DNA from: Haliotis rubra
Lineage: Eukaryota
DNA length: 64,000 bases
Assembly: GCF_003918875.1 (NCBI RefSeq)
Contig: NW_025767252.1
Span: 496,001 to 560,000, forward strand
Direction of reading: 5' to 3'
The position numbers and the translations under genes are program-made. Within the stretch, counting starts at the first letter, position 1, and each line of letters starts with the position of its first letter. This document shows, piece by piece, positions 40,123 to 54,912 of the stretch. A model generated the notes under the pieces. The model did no database searches and was not told where the DNA came from. It saw nothing but the letters and a program-made list of their open reading frames with translations.

Positions 40123-40590
40123 CGAGTGAGTGAGTGAGTTAATATTAAGCGTCACATCGGCAATATTGCAGCCATATCGTGACGATAACAATTTAATTTA
40201 TATCAATATTAAAATCAATAAATTTAGAAACCTTTCCTCGAATGACAGTAAAAATACTAGATAATCACAGCTCTTACTGTAAAACAAGTACGCTATCATT
40301 ACAATAAATCACTGGAGACCACAGTACAATATAAAAAAACGGGCTATAGATCGCCAGCAACAGAACGTAGATCACCATACGAGGGACCATGGGGACTTAC
40401 AGTACCTTTGCTACCTACATGGACCTAGCTGGATTTACATCATTCCTTCAACTGCTGGCAATTGCAGTCAAATTTAGCCATAATTAAAAATCACAAAACT
40501 TCTACGCTTAAAATCCTGGTAGGTTTTAAATTTACTTTGAAAGTTTCGGGACTTGCGCACCCTCTCAAGAGGATAATAATTTCCAAGACA
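40123..40590 (-). mobile_element. Retroposon 3' end with (CACT)n tail, possibly the partner LINE 3'UTR
   Basis: Tail cacgatatggctgcaatattgccgatgtgacgcttaatattaa(ctca)n resembles the SINE tail but the upstream body differs; 5' boundary uncertain. Confidence 0.55.
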
Positions 40591-40969
40591 TTTGATTGAC
40601 TAACGAATTACATGTATGTGTTTCCTTTCTGCGCATAAACCGAAAGCCTACTCACAGACGACACTTTTTAACTTACAATTAAATTATTAATACATTGGGA
40701 TGTTGTTGCGTTACAGCTCTGAACGACGTCATTCATAAATGATTTTGAATCGTTGATCTTGTGTCAAAGGTTAAATAATCATTCCTGTTGGATTCCACCC
40801 TGGTCTGTATGGATTCACTACTAGATTTGAAGCATAAACGTTTACGCCGGTTGGCACAATTTGCTCAATCCGTCACATCGTATTTCACAAACGCTTGCAA
40901 CACAAAACTCAGTCGGAATAGTGCGTTTTCGCAACGAGTAAGAGAAACTGGTTGTCGGTGTTTCACTTT

Positions 40970-41040
40970 TCAGCCAATGATATCAGTCGGACGTGTTTGC
41001 TCCGTCACTGCTTGAGACACCGGAAGTTTCGGAAGTGAGA
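40970..41040 (+). promoter_or_regulatory. Putative NEDD8 proximal promoter (CCAAT box, two ETS-type CGGAAGT motifs)
   Basis: agccaatga at ~40972, ccggaagt at ~41020 and cggaagtg at ~41031 in CpG-richer DNA 60-120 bp upstream of the ATG. Confidence 0.5.
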
Positions 41041-41095
41041 TCACATACAAACATAAAGTCTTTTTAAGAGTGTCTAGAAGCTTCACGGTATCAAA

Positions 41096-41113
41096 ATGCT
41101 GATTAAAGTGAAG
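41096..41113 (+). CDS. NEDD8: NEDD8 coding exon 1 (MLIKVK)
   Basis: aaaATGCTGATTAAAGTGAAG|gtaaat. Confidence 0.92.
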
Positions 41114-41518
41114 GTAAATATGTCGTATTATATAATTTACACGATTTAGTGAAGAACTTCATGCGACCGTTTGATCACTGAGCCATTATAACCGGTGCCC
41201 AATGAACATGATTCTTTGAAATCGAGATTCGATTGTTAAAACGGTGATGTTGTTTGTATGTCATCGAGTCAGTCTCACTGTATAAAATACGCACGCCGCC
41301 AATAGAAGCCTAGCCTTTCCATGTTCTATATTTGTTATTGTATGAATTATTGACCACCTTGTAAACATGGATTGAGGTATTTCATTAAGATACTCGAAAC
41401 GAAAACTTACACGATAAATTTTAGAACACGTGAAATCATCTTCGAACTCAAGTCATAGAGTAAATAACCTCCACATAAACAACAGGTACACATAGGCTAC
41501 TTGTTTATTTGAGATAGT

Positions 41519-41678
41519 GAGTGAGTATGGTTTTACGCTGCTTTTAGCAATATTCCAGCAATATCACGGCGGGGAAGACGCAGAAATGGGCTTCACACAT
41601 TGTACTCATGTGGGGAATCGAACCCATGTCTTCGGCGTGAAGAGCGAACCGCTTACCACTAGGCTATCCCACCGCCCC
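41519..41678 (-). mobile_element. Full-length tRNA-derived SINE with TSD in NEDD8 intron 1
   Basis: Same family as 38999; TSD tttgagatagt at 41508-41518 and 41681-41691. Confidence 0.9.
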
Positions 41679-42083
41679 TTTTTGAGATAGTTGGTGAACA
41701 TGGTTGATAAATAATCTAAAAAAAGGCAGGGTGTTCCTTTTTAACATCATTAAATATCATCCTATTATTTGACAAGATACTATTGGGCTATTTGTTGTGA
41801 TGTTTACCTCATCATTGGTTACACATCTCACCATGATGACTGCAAGACCATCATGTGGGAGAAGGACATGAAAGCAACATTCAGTATGAAACTTTGTAAT
41901 ATGCCATATGGATCATATGTAAAGACATGTTTATAGTTGTAACTTGTATAACATGTTATGAGTTTTTTGTTTGTCATTGAGAACATGTACATTGTGTATA
42001 TACTGTTGCTCAGAATAAAACATATGTTTTATTGTTTAGAATACCCATGCTTGTACCACTGAATCTTATGTATCTACTTTCAG

Positions 42084-42101
42084 ACTCTGACTGGAAAGGA
42101 G
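42084..42101 (+). CDS. NEDD8: NEDD8 exon 2, 18-nt microexon (TLTGKE)
   Basis: tttcag|ACTCTGACTGGAAAGGAG|gtgagt. Confidence 0.93.
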
Positions 42102-43432
42102 GTGAGTACTACCCAGTCTATGTTACGCTATGCATTTATTCTGCATGAACTGAGTAACAGTTCCACTCAGCCAACCTTTAGAATTCAGCACCACTAACTT
42201 AACAATCACATTGAGCAACCACTTTTGAGCACCCACTTAGTGGATGGATTTAGCGCTATATAAATTTCCATTATTATTATTATGAATTATTATTATTATA
42301 ATACATTATGATGTAATTTGTGTAATTTGGGTTTGTTGCAAAAAAAGCCAATGCCCTGTGATTCAGACTGGTGCTGCATGATCAAGTGTGCAGTAGCTCC
42401 CCTCAGTAATCTATCATTTCAGTGCTGTCATTAAGCCTGCCGATGTTGAGGATTTTCAATATCTGTATGCTAAATATGGACTGCAGAAGAGCATTTTACA
42501 ACAAGCTCTAGTTTATAAAAGTACAGTTTTTCATAGTACAAGTTGATTCATATTTCTGTATCACCTTATTTTATGGGACTTACTGGATTAATGATGATAA
42601 TCAAAATGCATATATTTTAAATTCTGTAATTCCCTTTATTATGCACAACAATGCAGTTCTTGTATATTAATCTGTGCTCCACACATCCAAGTGTTGCTGA
42701 TTTGAGCACCGTTGGACATGTACATTTTAGCCACTTTCACCCATTTGTTCAGTAATGATTCAGTGTTTGCCATGACGCAGAAAACCTGAGTATTTGATCT
42801 ACAATTTATCTTAAATATGCAGTGAATTTAGAAGCTTGCGTCATTGCTGACGCAATGCTACTGGGACCTTAGTTCAGCTGTTGTTTAAAACTACTTAGTT
42901 TAATGTTTGGCAGTTAACTGCTCAGTGCTGATTAAATACCTGGCCTGCCTTACCTTGTTTTTTTGTCGATATCAAACAATCACAGCTGATGTCTTGATGA
43001 TAGTTCCAAACTGAAGTTGACTCCCAAAAATATGTTCATGACTCCCTCTCATGACTCCTAAATTTTTATGCCCAGGACGAACTCTGATGATTTGACAGCT
43101 GACTCTCCCTTGTGGAGTTACCAGCCATGCTTATGCTTTCCTTGTTCCCTAGTATGATCCACATTATTTTTTCTGTCACAAAATCAATCAACGAATGATT
43201 GAAAAGCACATCATTCCTGGAGAATTTCCCACGGGGACATCTACAGCTATACTGGCTCAATCCACACCACTCAGTATCTTGTAGATTTGGAGTAAGATGC
43301 GTGTGCCAAATAGTATAGTATTGTGTAGTGGTGGTGCTGTATTCTAAAGGTGCACCCTTCCACTGAATAAGAACACAATTTTTTTTCAGTATCATTAAGT
43401 TCACATGTAAGATTAAGAATCCATCTACTCAT

Positions 43433-43671
43433 CTACCTGTGAAGGTCCGGGTTAGAATATTGGCCTTCAGTAACCCTCATTGTCGTAAGAGGCGACTAAC
43501 GGGATCGGGTGGTCAGGCTCGCTGACTTGGTTGACACATTTCATCGGTTCCCAATTGCGCAGATCGATGCTCTTGCTTTTGATCACTGGATTGTCTGGTC
43601 CAGGCTCGATTATTTACAGACCACCGCATACAGCTGGAATATTGCTGGGTGCGGCATAAAACTAGACTCAC
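43433..43671 (+). mobile_element. Second SINE-like family, non-tRNA structured head, 13-bp TSD
   Basis: TSD tccatctactcat at 43420-43432 and 43672-43684; tail gctggaatattgct...gcggcataaaa...ctcactc shared with the tRNA SINE; homologues at 49885-50462(-), ~57815(+) and ~59010(+). Confidence 0.85.
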
Positions 43672-45910
43672 TCCATCTACTCATTATAGGATATCATTCC
43701 ATCCTGGAATAGTTTGAATGAATATCCCATCTTCATAAAAATAAAAATATTTTTTCTGCATTTTGTTATTGGGATAAGAAATAATATGTATAATGTAATT
43801 TTGTAAAACTTTCAAAACATGGTCTGTTTATTTGAAATCTATATGTAGTGAAAATGTGAGGGAGACCATATCTGTAATTCTGTGAAAAGAAAGACAACCT
43901 CCATGCTGGAGTGAATACAATGTCTGCCTCGAGTAAGGAAGGTGCATGGTTGGATTGCCTGTCCATATCATGAAATAAGACATTCAAACAAGGTTTTCAT
44001 CGTTACCCTGCCTTGTGTTCAGCGTTAAGAGGATAAAGCAAGGACTCAGTAGGAAGTGTCTGAGTTGAGTAAAGTATATCAGTGTGTTGGTACAAAAGAA
44101 CCAGCCTCTGTCTTGACTTAGTGACTAGTACAATCAGTGACACACACATACCCACACAAGTAGATACACATGTACATTTATGTAGGACAGCAATAATCTT
44201 GAACATGTTGAACACTCTGAAATGTTACATTTTGCATATAAATATGTCATGATAATTAATCTTGCCACAATATTTAGTCATTCCCTCTCCTTGTTCACAT
44301 TTCTGAAATAAAGCATATTCTACCATGACTTCAGTAAACACTGGATTGTGATTGGTTAATTAAAGTCATTCAGAGGTATATAATCACGTTATACAGGTCT
44401 CTGTTTCCCTTACGCAATCATACATGGTTTACGGTAATGCACTATTTTTGTCTGCCCACCAACATGGCGGACACCAAACAACCTTCCGATGCATCGATAA
44501 ATTAAGGCGATTTTGCTGTCGGAAATTACACATGTCTTTAAAGATGGATTTAGCGATGACGGGCTCGACTCACTACTTGCGTAAATCACAGCAATAGGTG
44601 TTTATACATACAAAAGTACTTTGAAAGCATGGAAACAAATATTCAGTCGAACAAGATCAAAACATCGTCTGCTTTCCGAATAAAAATTCAGCAAAAACAA
44701 ATATGTTTACGTTGATTCTATGTTATGTCAGACTGCTAATTTCCGTGTTAAATTAATTATCAGCTTTAGATCAACGATATCGCCACTGATCTTGATGCGG
44801 TACGGAGGATGCATTAACATCGAGCGCCGAAGAAATTTTAATGCTTTCCGTCCACATAAATAAACAGTTGGGTTATCAATTCAAACAAAATGATATTTTG
44901 AAATTTGTACTGTTTCAAATTTAGCGGTAGTAAAACACAATTACAGAATCTGCAAACCGTTCTGTTTAGCCCAACATATTTTTTTGAAAGTATAATATCG
45001 TTGAAAAAGTTATTTAGCTTAGTCATGATCCCTCTTATCCATTACACTGCGTGATCTAAAGTAGTCTATTAAAGTATAATTAATTACCTTACCGTGTGTT
45101 TGCCAGAGGTACACCCTCATGTCCTGATCCATCCTTTCGAAATATCACCACAAATCTGGCTCTTTGTCAACAGACTCGCTTGAACATGACAGCGAATCCG
45201 ATTCAATTTGAATTCACTACACTTTGAAGCCACTAGGTCACAAAACACTTTCCAAATGTAGAAAATAATATCCGTAGAATCGAATTTGAGCACAAAGTAC
45301 ACACATGAGTGTAAGAGTCACCACAGCTGTCGCCATGCAGAGACGAGAGGTGCGTGAAATCGTCAAGTTGACTGGAAGCAAAATTCAACAGTATCTAAAT
45401 TCGGTACAACACGGACTTCTCGTTACAGCAAAAGCCTCTACTCTTAAATTTTGTACCAGTACCAGTAATTAGATATCAAAGACTATCTCAGTCATACAAT
45501 CAGGTTAACCTTAGCAAACTGTCAGAGGCTCTCCTGTAGCATCTTTCCAAATTTGCCCGTAAATGTAAACAATGACTTCCGAGAAAGGTCAAGGCCATGA
45601 GGTTGCTGCCATTATTCTGGTGGGGAAAGGGTCTACGGTGGAATTTTCAAATGTGAACCAAGCTTTTAAACTTATTTGATATATGTTTTCCAACTTATCA
45701 GTTAATGATTGGTGATTGATGCATTGAAAAAACAAAACGTGATTTGTTATTACTGAATCTGGAGTTTGTTAGTCATTGACGGTTTGCCGCCAATCACCCC
45801 GTTTCCGGCGATGCCACTTGAGATTGGAATGTGAGGCAGCTTCACGCATTGACTTCGTAACCAAAGAAAGAGCTCCACCTGAAATTGTTCATAAAATTGC
45901 CATGGTAGAA

Positions 45911-46100
45911 TGGAGATAAACCCACTGTGTGGGGAAATAAACCCACTGTGTGGGAAATCAGAGGTATATAATCGAAATTATAATAGCTCTAATTGTTCAT
46001 TTTTAAAACCTCACGCTACGCGTTCGGTTTTAAATGAAATTTAGAGCTATTATAATTTCGTTATATACCTCTGATTTTCCCACACAGTAGGTTTATCTCC
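45911..46100. mobile_element. Long palindromic element end (possible Crypton-type non-autonomous)
   Basis: ggagataaacccactgtgtggg...cagaggtatataa..attataatagctctaa / ttagagctattataat..ttatatacctctg...cccacacagtaggtttatctcc. Confidence 0.65.
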
Positions 46101-46346
46101 TAATTGTTTTTCTAATGGTTCTTCTAATGAAGGCATATTACCAGATTGATTTAGCAACTTAGAACTTGCACTTGTTTAACTTATTTGAAATGCAGCCTGA
46201 ACCCCTTCCTAGGACCATGTTTCATCCTGGTGTTCTGTCATGCAGGCAGTGTTGTACTTGAACATTCACATGGTGCGAGGTCATTGCTCCTAATATATTC
46301 AACCTGTCTATAAAAATGTATCTGAAGCAGTTGTCATGGTTACAGT

Positions 46347-46527
46347 CAGTGTATGAAATAAGCCAAAAACCCAACCAGACTTCAGATTTAACCAGACCAG
46401 ACACCAAGATATGTATAGAACATCTAAACTTTTACCAGACCATCGGGCTGGCTAGCTGTAAATTTAGACCGTCCGTCAGAAATCTAGCCCATTTCGGGTG
46501 GTCAGACGGGCCTTATTTCATACACTG
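46347..46527. mobile_element. MITE with 16-bp TIRs and 7-bp TSD
   Basis: ttacagt|cagtgtatgaaataag ... cttatttcatacactg|ttacagt. Confidence 0.85.
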
Positions 46528-47086
46528 TTACAGTCAGTATTGTTAAATGAATCAAACTCATTCAGAGAAAGAAAGTGAAACAGCACTGTTGATACCAACT
46601 GTATACATGATATAGTGTAGTTTATGAACCACTAACTATGTAGAATCCCATAATATAATGGTGGACAACCTGTGAATTTTTTCAGCTTATCCGACGTGTT
46701 CATGGAGATCACATTATAATTGTTGTACAATCTCAATATCAGGGATGACAATTTTCTGCCGATTGGCAGATTTCCACAGATTATATTTCTAAATTGGTTA
46801 TAAATTGTGTCATTGAACCGCCCATTCGATGACACAATATTAGTTTTCTGCTGAGTATAGAAACATTTTCCTGTTGCCATCCCTGCAATATGTTTAGTTT
46901 GTGAAATATGTTATAATAACTGACATTTAGGTGTCATACATCGTCTCTTGTGTTTTTGAAGCATAATATCCTCATGTCCCTGCATCATCGGCACTGTGTA
47001 CAATAAACACAACATGTATTTCCTGCCTCTCAGCCTGGTGTCATGGAAAGTTTCAACGACTTATACAACTTATGTTTGTTTTCCAG

Positions 47087-47116
47087 ATCGAGATTGATAT
47101 TGAGCCCACAGACAGG
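47087..47116 (+). CDS. NEDD8: NEDD8 exon 3 (IEIDIEPTDR)
   Basis: ttttccag|ATCGAG...GACAGG|gtatgt. Confidence 0.93.
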
Positions 47117-47156
47117 GTATGTATGAAACATTGTATTTTTGTTGATTTCCTGATGA

Positions 47157-47468
47157 ATGATGTACAAGAAGCTGCTTGTATTATCTTGTATCAGCTGTGC
47201 AGCTGTCATGGCAGAGTGGGTTTCATGATGTACAAGAAGCTGCTTGTATTATCTTGTATCAGCTGTGCAGCTGTCATGGCAGAGTGGGTTTCATGATGTA
47301 CAAGAAGCTGCTTGTATTATCTTGTATCAGCTGTGCAGCTGTCATGGCAGAGTGGGTTTCATGATGTACAAGAAGCTGCTTGTATTATCTTGTATCAGCT
47401 GTGCAGCTGTCATGGCAGAGTGGGTTTCATAAGAAGCTGCTTGTATGTATCAGCTGTGCAGCTGTCAT
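47157..47468. repeat. 68-bp tandem repeat (~4.5 copies)
   Basis: atgatgtacaagaagctgcttgtattatcttgtatcagctgtgcagctgtcatggcagagtgggtttc at 47157, 47225, 47293, 47361. Confidence 0.95.
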
Positions 47469-47550
47469 AAGTCGTTGTATAAGTCGATCTGCTGTCAATA
47501 TGAGAGTGAAAATCAAATCATCAAAGATACTGCTGTATATGAGAACTAAG

Positions 47551-49726
<2,176 letters not shown>

Positions 49727-49884
49727 TAAGTATGTCCACTTGCTACAAGTGTCACTGAAGACTATACTTTAGTCATGATTCCAGGTTAGAATCAGTGCTC
49801 GGCAACCTACTCTGGTTGTGAAATTCACTCATTATCTGGTCCCTGATTTGGTAATGTGCAGGCAGCCATCACACAGCTGGAGTG

Positions 49885-50462
49885 TAGTTGGTGTTTCTTG
49901 TTGAACTCTGCACTCAGCCATATTCCAGCTATATGGCAGTGGCCTGTAAATAATTGAGTCTGGACCAGACAATCCTGTTCATCTATGCAACTGGGATATG
50001 ATAACACGTGTCAATTAAGTCAGCAAGCCTAACCAACCGATCTCGTTTGTCGCCTTATACAAGCATGGGTTGCTGAAGACCAATTCTAACTGCTGGGCTC
50101 CAGATAAGGGCCGTATCGGCGTATGTACGGATAAAAAATATGCACAATACGGTAGCAAATAATTTAGAAAACGTAGCAGGTATGCACCACAGCAATAGTG
50201 TACGGTCTTAGAATCATTCACAGACGTATTTATCTGAAGAAAAATATTGTTTTTTTGTTATTGACCTGTTTACACAAAAGTAGCAATGTTGTGGTGCATA
50301 TATGAAACGAAACACAAGATTACTGATATGCCATTAAATTCCACTCAGTACTCTAAATGTACTCTTAAGGTTTTCCAGTACTCCTGTAGTGAAAAAATAT
50401 GGAGTACATACTCCTGATGTTGAAAAAATATCTGGAGCCCTGTAACTGTAATCTTCTCGGGT
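49885..50462 (-). mobile_element. Structured-head SINE-like copy, split by a MITE
   Basis: The reverse complement aligns with 43433-43671; the head continues after the MITE (acccgagaagatt...ttagaattggtcttcagcaaccc). Confidence 0.75.
50093..50442. mobile_element. hAT-like MITE with 6-bp TSD
   Basis: taactg|ctgggctccagata ... tatctggagccctg|taactg. Confidence 0.8.
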
Positions 50463-50530
50463 TGCTGACTGTGGAATTATACAGCAGGCAATGATGGTTG
50501 GTACTATATAAAAATATTGCTTGATTGCAG

Positions 50531-50615
50531 GAACGATGAGAAGACAGCATCAGATTACAAAGTGACAGGAGGATCTGTGCTTCATCTTGTGTTGGCTTTA
50601 CGAGGAGGACATTAG
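50531..50615 (+). CDS. NEDD8: NEDD8 exon 5 (…[27 protein letters not shown]-stop); precursor 77 aa
   Basis: ttgcag|G AAC GAT...GGA GGA CAT TAG; Ala72 and C-terminal diglycine diagnostic of NEDD8. Confidence 0.95.
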
Positions 50616-52027
50616 TGACGACAACTTTGGGGTACCTGATCTATTTCACGGAGATGTTGCAAGAGGGGGGAGGGGGAAAGGCAGGTGATGCCGTATCGAT
50701 CATGCTGGAGAAGAGCAGTTTTTGCAAGATAATTGAGGCGTGCACCAACTAGATAAGGGGTAGGGTGGGCAATTATTTGATTAATGTGGACATTTCACGT
50801 CTTGTGTTCTTTGGCTTTGTAATGATGTCATGATCAATTAAAATGTTGTACATGTCTTTTTGTTTCCTTACCTACCTACTCTGCTGTTCTGGGCAACCCA
50901 GGCGGAGATCAGATGGCCCCGTGGTCACTGGACTTTAAGCACACTGGATCTATTGGTTGTGATATTTAGGTGGTCCGTTTGACACCGGCCATGACAGTTC
51001 TCCCAAGGTGAACTGGAAAGATGACTAAAGATTATGCACTACTCGAAAGAAGTTACAAAAAGCACCCACTTCTTTCATATTATGAATCAGCTGTTTGAAT
51101 GGTATATATGCCCTGGTCCCATTTCCAAAGGTTATGAAACATACCACTATTGCTTATTGTTAAAACAGTTGACATTCACAAGTTGTGGTATGGTGGTGCA
51201 CGGCAGGCTTGTATGACTCTAATAGATTAATAGATCAGCACTTTGTTTCACTTTGTTGATGATGTTGATCATGCAAGGTGTTTGAGAGTGGGGTGAGTGA
51301 GTGAGTTTAGTTTACGCCGCACTCCGCAAGAGTTTGAGAGTGGAATATGTGTGGTGGGGGCATACCAGTCTGCACTTACCTGTGTTGGTCAGGGACAGTT
51401 TCCACTGGAGACAACATCATGGACATAATATACAGATAAATTATCTGTCATGGTAGTTCAGACCAGAGCAATTACTGCACCCAGTTCCACATGGATCAGT
51501 ATGTGCATCAATATCATCAAAAACAAGATAACACCATCTTTATTCTCAAATGTTTATTTGATATCTAGATATATAAACCGTGTAACAAAGTAGAACATTT
51601 ACCTCTCATACCAGTATACATCCACCACTGACAAATCCATACACAATCTACATGACACTGAGCCATGGGCGACATTGTGGGAGATATTTCAAAAGAAAAT
51701 CTTCCATGTCATACAGACACCCATCAATTTATTACATTTGATATTACACGGTATTGTTAATGAAACAATCCTTATGAATGTCATGAAGTAGTATATTAAA
51801 AATGTCTTCTTCCCCTGAATAATTACTGTACTGTCCACCACCAGTTGGTACTCTTTTGCAATAAATACACATTTACCTCTCTGAATGGCTGCTTCTTGTC
51901 TAAATTTGGTACATCTGTCCTACCCACCAGCTTCAACTGATATATTTGACAAACTTCCTTTATATAAATGACATTAATTCCTTGAAAATAAGGCTAACTG
52001 TATAATCAGATTTTTTATGCCGAAAGA

Positions 52028-52174
52028 GTGAATGTGAGTGAGTTGGGTTTTATACATTTTTTTGCAATATCACAGTGGGGACACCAGAAATGGGCTGCAC
52101 ACAATGTGGGGAATCAAACCCGGGTCTTCAGTGTGACAAGAGAATGATTAACCACTAGGCTACACCATCACCCC
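52028..52174 (-). mobile_element. tRNA-derived SINE with 13-bp TSD
   Basis: TSD ttatgccgaaaga / ttatgcagaaaga. Confidence 0.85.
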
Positions 52175-53440
52175 TTATGCAGAAAGACCTAACATTATAT
52201 ATCCACTTCCTGATAATGGACAAAGGACAATTTATTGAATACAACTTCTTATTCTATTGAGGTAATGTAAACTATACTGAACAGCAAAAGAAATGCAACT
52301 CTGGCTTTTGGTCAAGTTTTTAAATAGAAGACAAACATGAACACTTACTTTCATGAGATTTCATTTTTTCAAAACTTGCGTTTCTTTTGCTGTTCAGGAT
52401 CTTAAAGAAAATAGTGAAAACAGATGTGGGAGCAAGTCTTGACTGAACCAATTTCTGTCAGTGAGAAATCTTATGTAATATATATTTTAGAATACATGAA
52501 CCACACATCCATGTGTACTGTAAGAAAGTTATGCCCAGAACTGTTCTATTTACAGAAATAAAGACCCTGCCTCCCACTGAATTCCATTCATCGTCATGTT
52601 AGGGAACAAAATACAAGGGTAGTTTACAGTTATTGTCATGTCTGTACCATACAGACAGCGGTCTGACATTACATTCATCAGCTGGGATTATTGTCATATG
52701 CTTGGTTATACCTGTGAGCGGCAGAACATATCAACAACTAAACACTGGAATTTGAAAAAGTGTGAGGAAAGAAAGCACCGATTAGTTTAATTTCTTCTAA
52801 CAAGGTGAAACTCTAAACTTTTTAACTATCAAAATGTTTGATACACATAGTTTTTGTGATTCCTCATAAGATCTGTTTCACCAATCTCTGATATTGATGC
52901 ATATGAGCTATTTTGATTTACAAGAATGACGGAACAACGTAACCAAGGACACAATGCCACATGGCAGGGAGGTAATTAGAACAGCCTCTGACCTCAGCTC
53001 ATGATGAAGTAGCTCTAGAAGTAAACTTCATCTCAGGATAAGGAACTGTTGGTTTCCATAATCTTTCAACAAAGTATGGATGTATGTTCTGTTATCTATA
53101 GATGGAAAACAAACTTTGGATGTTTGCTCTTTGATATATAAATGTGTTTGAAAGTGTGATATATTTCCACATTTCATGAATTCTTGCATCCATATTACTC
53201 TCTTACATCACTGATATATATAAATGTACATGTAGCATGATATATTTCAATATTCCATGAAGGCTCTGAGTGTCGATTAACAACTGAAGACCGTTCATGA
53301 CAACCTGCATCTATATAACTCGATTTTCACATCTAAAATGCCGCCATATAGCTGAAATATTGCTGAGTGCGGCATAAAACTAAATTCAGTCACTCAGTTA
53401 CAACTAAATGGAAGCTGAAGACCTGTGTCATGTGAAGCAT

Positions 53441-53577
53441 CTAATATTCTAGGAGAGATTTTATGGGTTTGTTTGACTTATCACGACCTTTGAGATCAAC
53501 AAGTTCAATGACAACAAGACCTCCCAGAACGTCGGCCTTGATTGTTTCCATCAAATCAAATGCTGCCTTCATTGTAC
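53441..53577 (-). CDS. APRT: Adenine phosphoribosyltransferase exon 4
   Basis: tttcag|GT ACA ATG: (G)TMKAAFDLME...VVIELVDLKGR...LLEY*. Confidence 0.93.
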
Positions 53578-54499
53578 CTGAAACAAACAAATGGACATTC
53601 AGTTTGTATGGCAAGGAACCTACCACAAGTCCAGTAAAGCTAACAGAATACCTTGAAATAGGACACTTATATCACTGAAGATTGACTATTCTTTGCACTC
53701 GCGGAGGGGTGAACACATAAACTGGTGAATGTACTGTAAATCCACGTAAACACACATGGAATGATGCAAAGTTTGCACTATATTTTTACATTACTACCTC
53801 CATAAACATTATAATATATTGAAGTGAATTGTAAGGAAGTCGGCATGCTTGTGATGGTATATACAACAGCCTGTGATAAATGTATGCACATTTACAAACA
53901 TGCTGCATACCCAGAACCTAACATTCTCACAAACATGCTGCATACCCAGAACCACCTAACATTCTCACAAACATGGAAATGCAGAAAGTGTATGGCAGGT
54001 AACAATCATCGTGAAAAGTTGGTCAGAACGAATGCACTATGACGTGAACATGATACACATCTAGAATACAGGGCAACAAGTACAAGTATTGGGTAACAAA
54101 TACAATAACACGTCACCAGTTGATGTATTATTCATTATGTTCAGTGAAACAACATACATTCCTTGACAAGTTTTTGACTTGTTAATTTATAACATTACTG
54201 TCAAATTACAAGGCTGCCTGGCTTGGATATTTCATTTTGCATATATTTCCCTTTGATAAATAATACCAAATTCAAATAAAAATATTCCTTTAAAATATAT
54301 ATGAATATTCGATTTCTATGACCATGAATAATGATTAGAATGAAGGAATATGGTTTGACTGACTGTAATGGTTGTCAGAAGAGCCATGTAAAGTTAGATG
54401 TGCCATGGTGATTGGCACTCAATCAACTACAGAGTGCTGCGGCTCTTACTCTAACGCATATGATCTCATGGCAAGTATGGATACAACTATTGGATAATG

Positions 54500-54765
54500 T
54501 GTACATGCCATCTGTGTGCATGAATACTGTGTGTACAAGCCATCTCTGTATGTGTGCGCACGCGTGCCGTGTGTGTGCGTGCATGCTGTGTGTAGATGCC
54601 ATATGTGTGTGTGCACGCGTGCCATGTGTCTGCGTGCATGCTGTGTGTGTGTACATGCCATCTGTGTGTGTGTAGCACCACGTGTTGTGTGTGTGCGTGC
54701 ATGCTGTGTGTGTACATTCCATCTCTGTATGTGTGTATGCATGTGTGACATGCCATCTCTGTATC
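54500..54765. repeat. Degenerate (TG)-rich simple repeat in APRT intron 3
   Basis: Alternating purine-pyrimidine tracts with recurrent catgccatct. Confidence 0.85.
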
Positions 54766-54833
54766 ACATTCCAATGAGGATAAATAATTTACAATCTTCT
54801 GTTTAAAGAATCTCAGAATGACCTTGACCTTAC

Positions 54834-54912
54834 CTCCGGTTGCCATGAGGTCATCAACAATCACAACCTTTTGTCCAGGCTTGATGGAATCTTGCTGAAC
54901 CTCAAAACAGTC
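54834..54912 (-). CDS. APRT: APRT exon 3 (PRPP-binding VVIVDDLMATGG)
   Basis: ttttgcag|DCFEVQQDSIKPGQKVVIVDDLMATG G|gtaagg. Confidence 0.94.
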
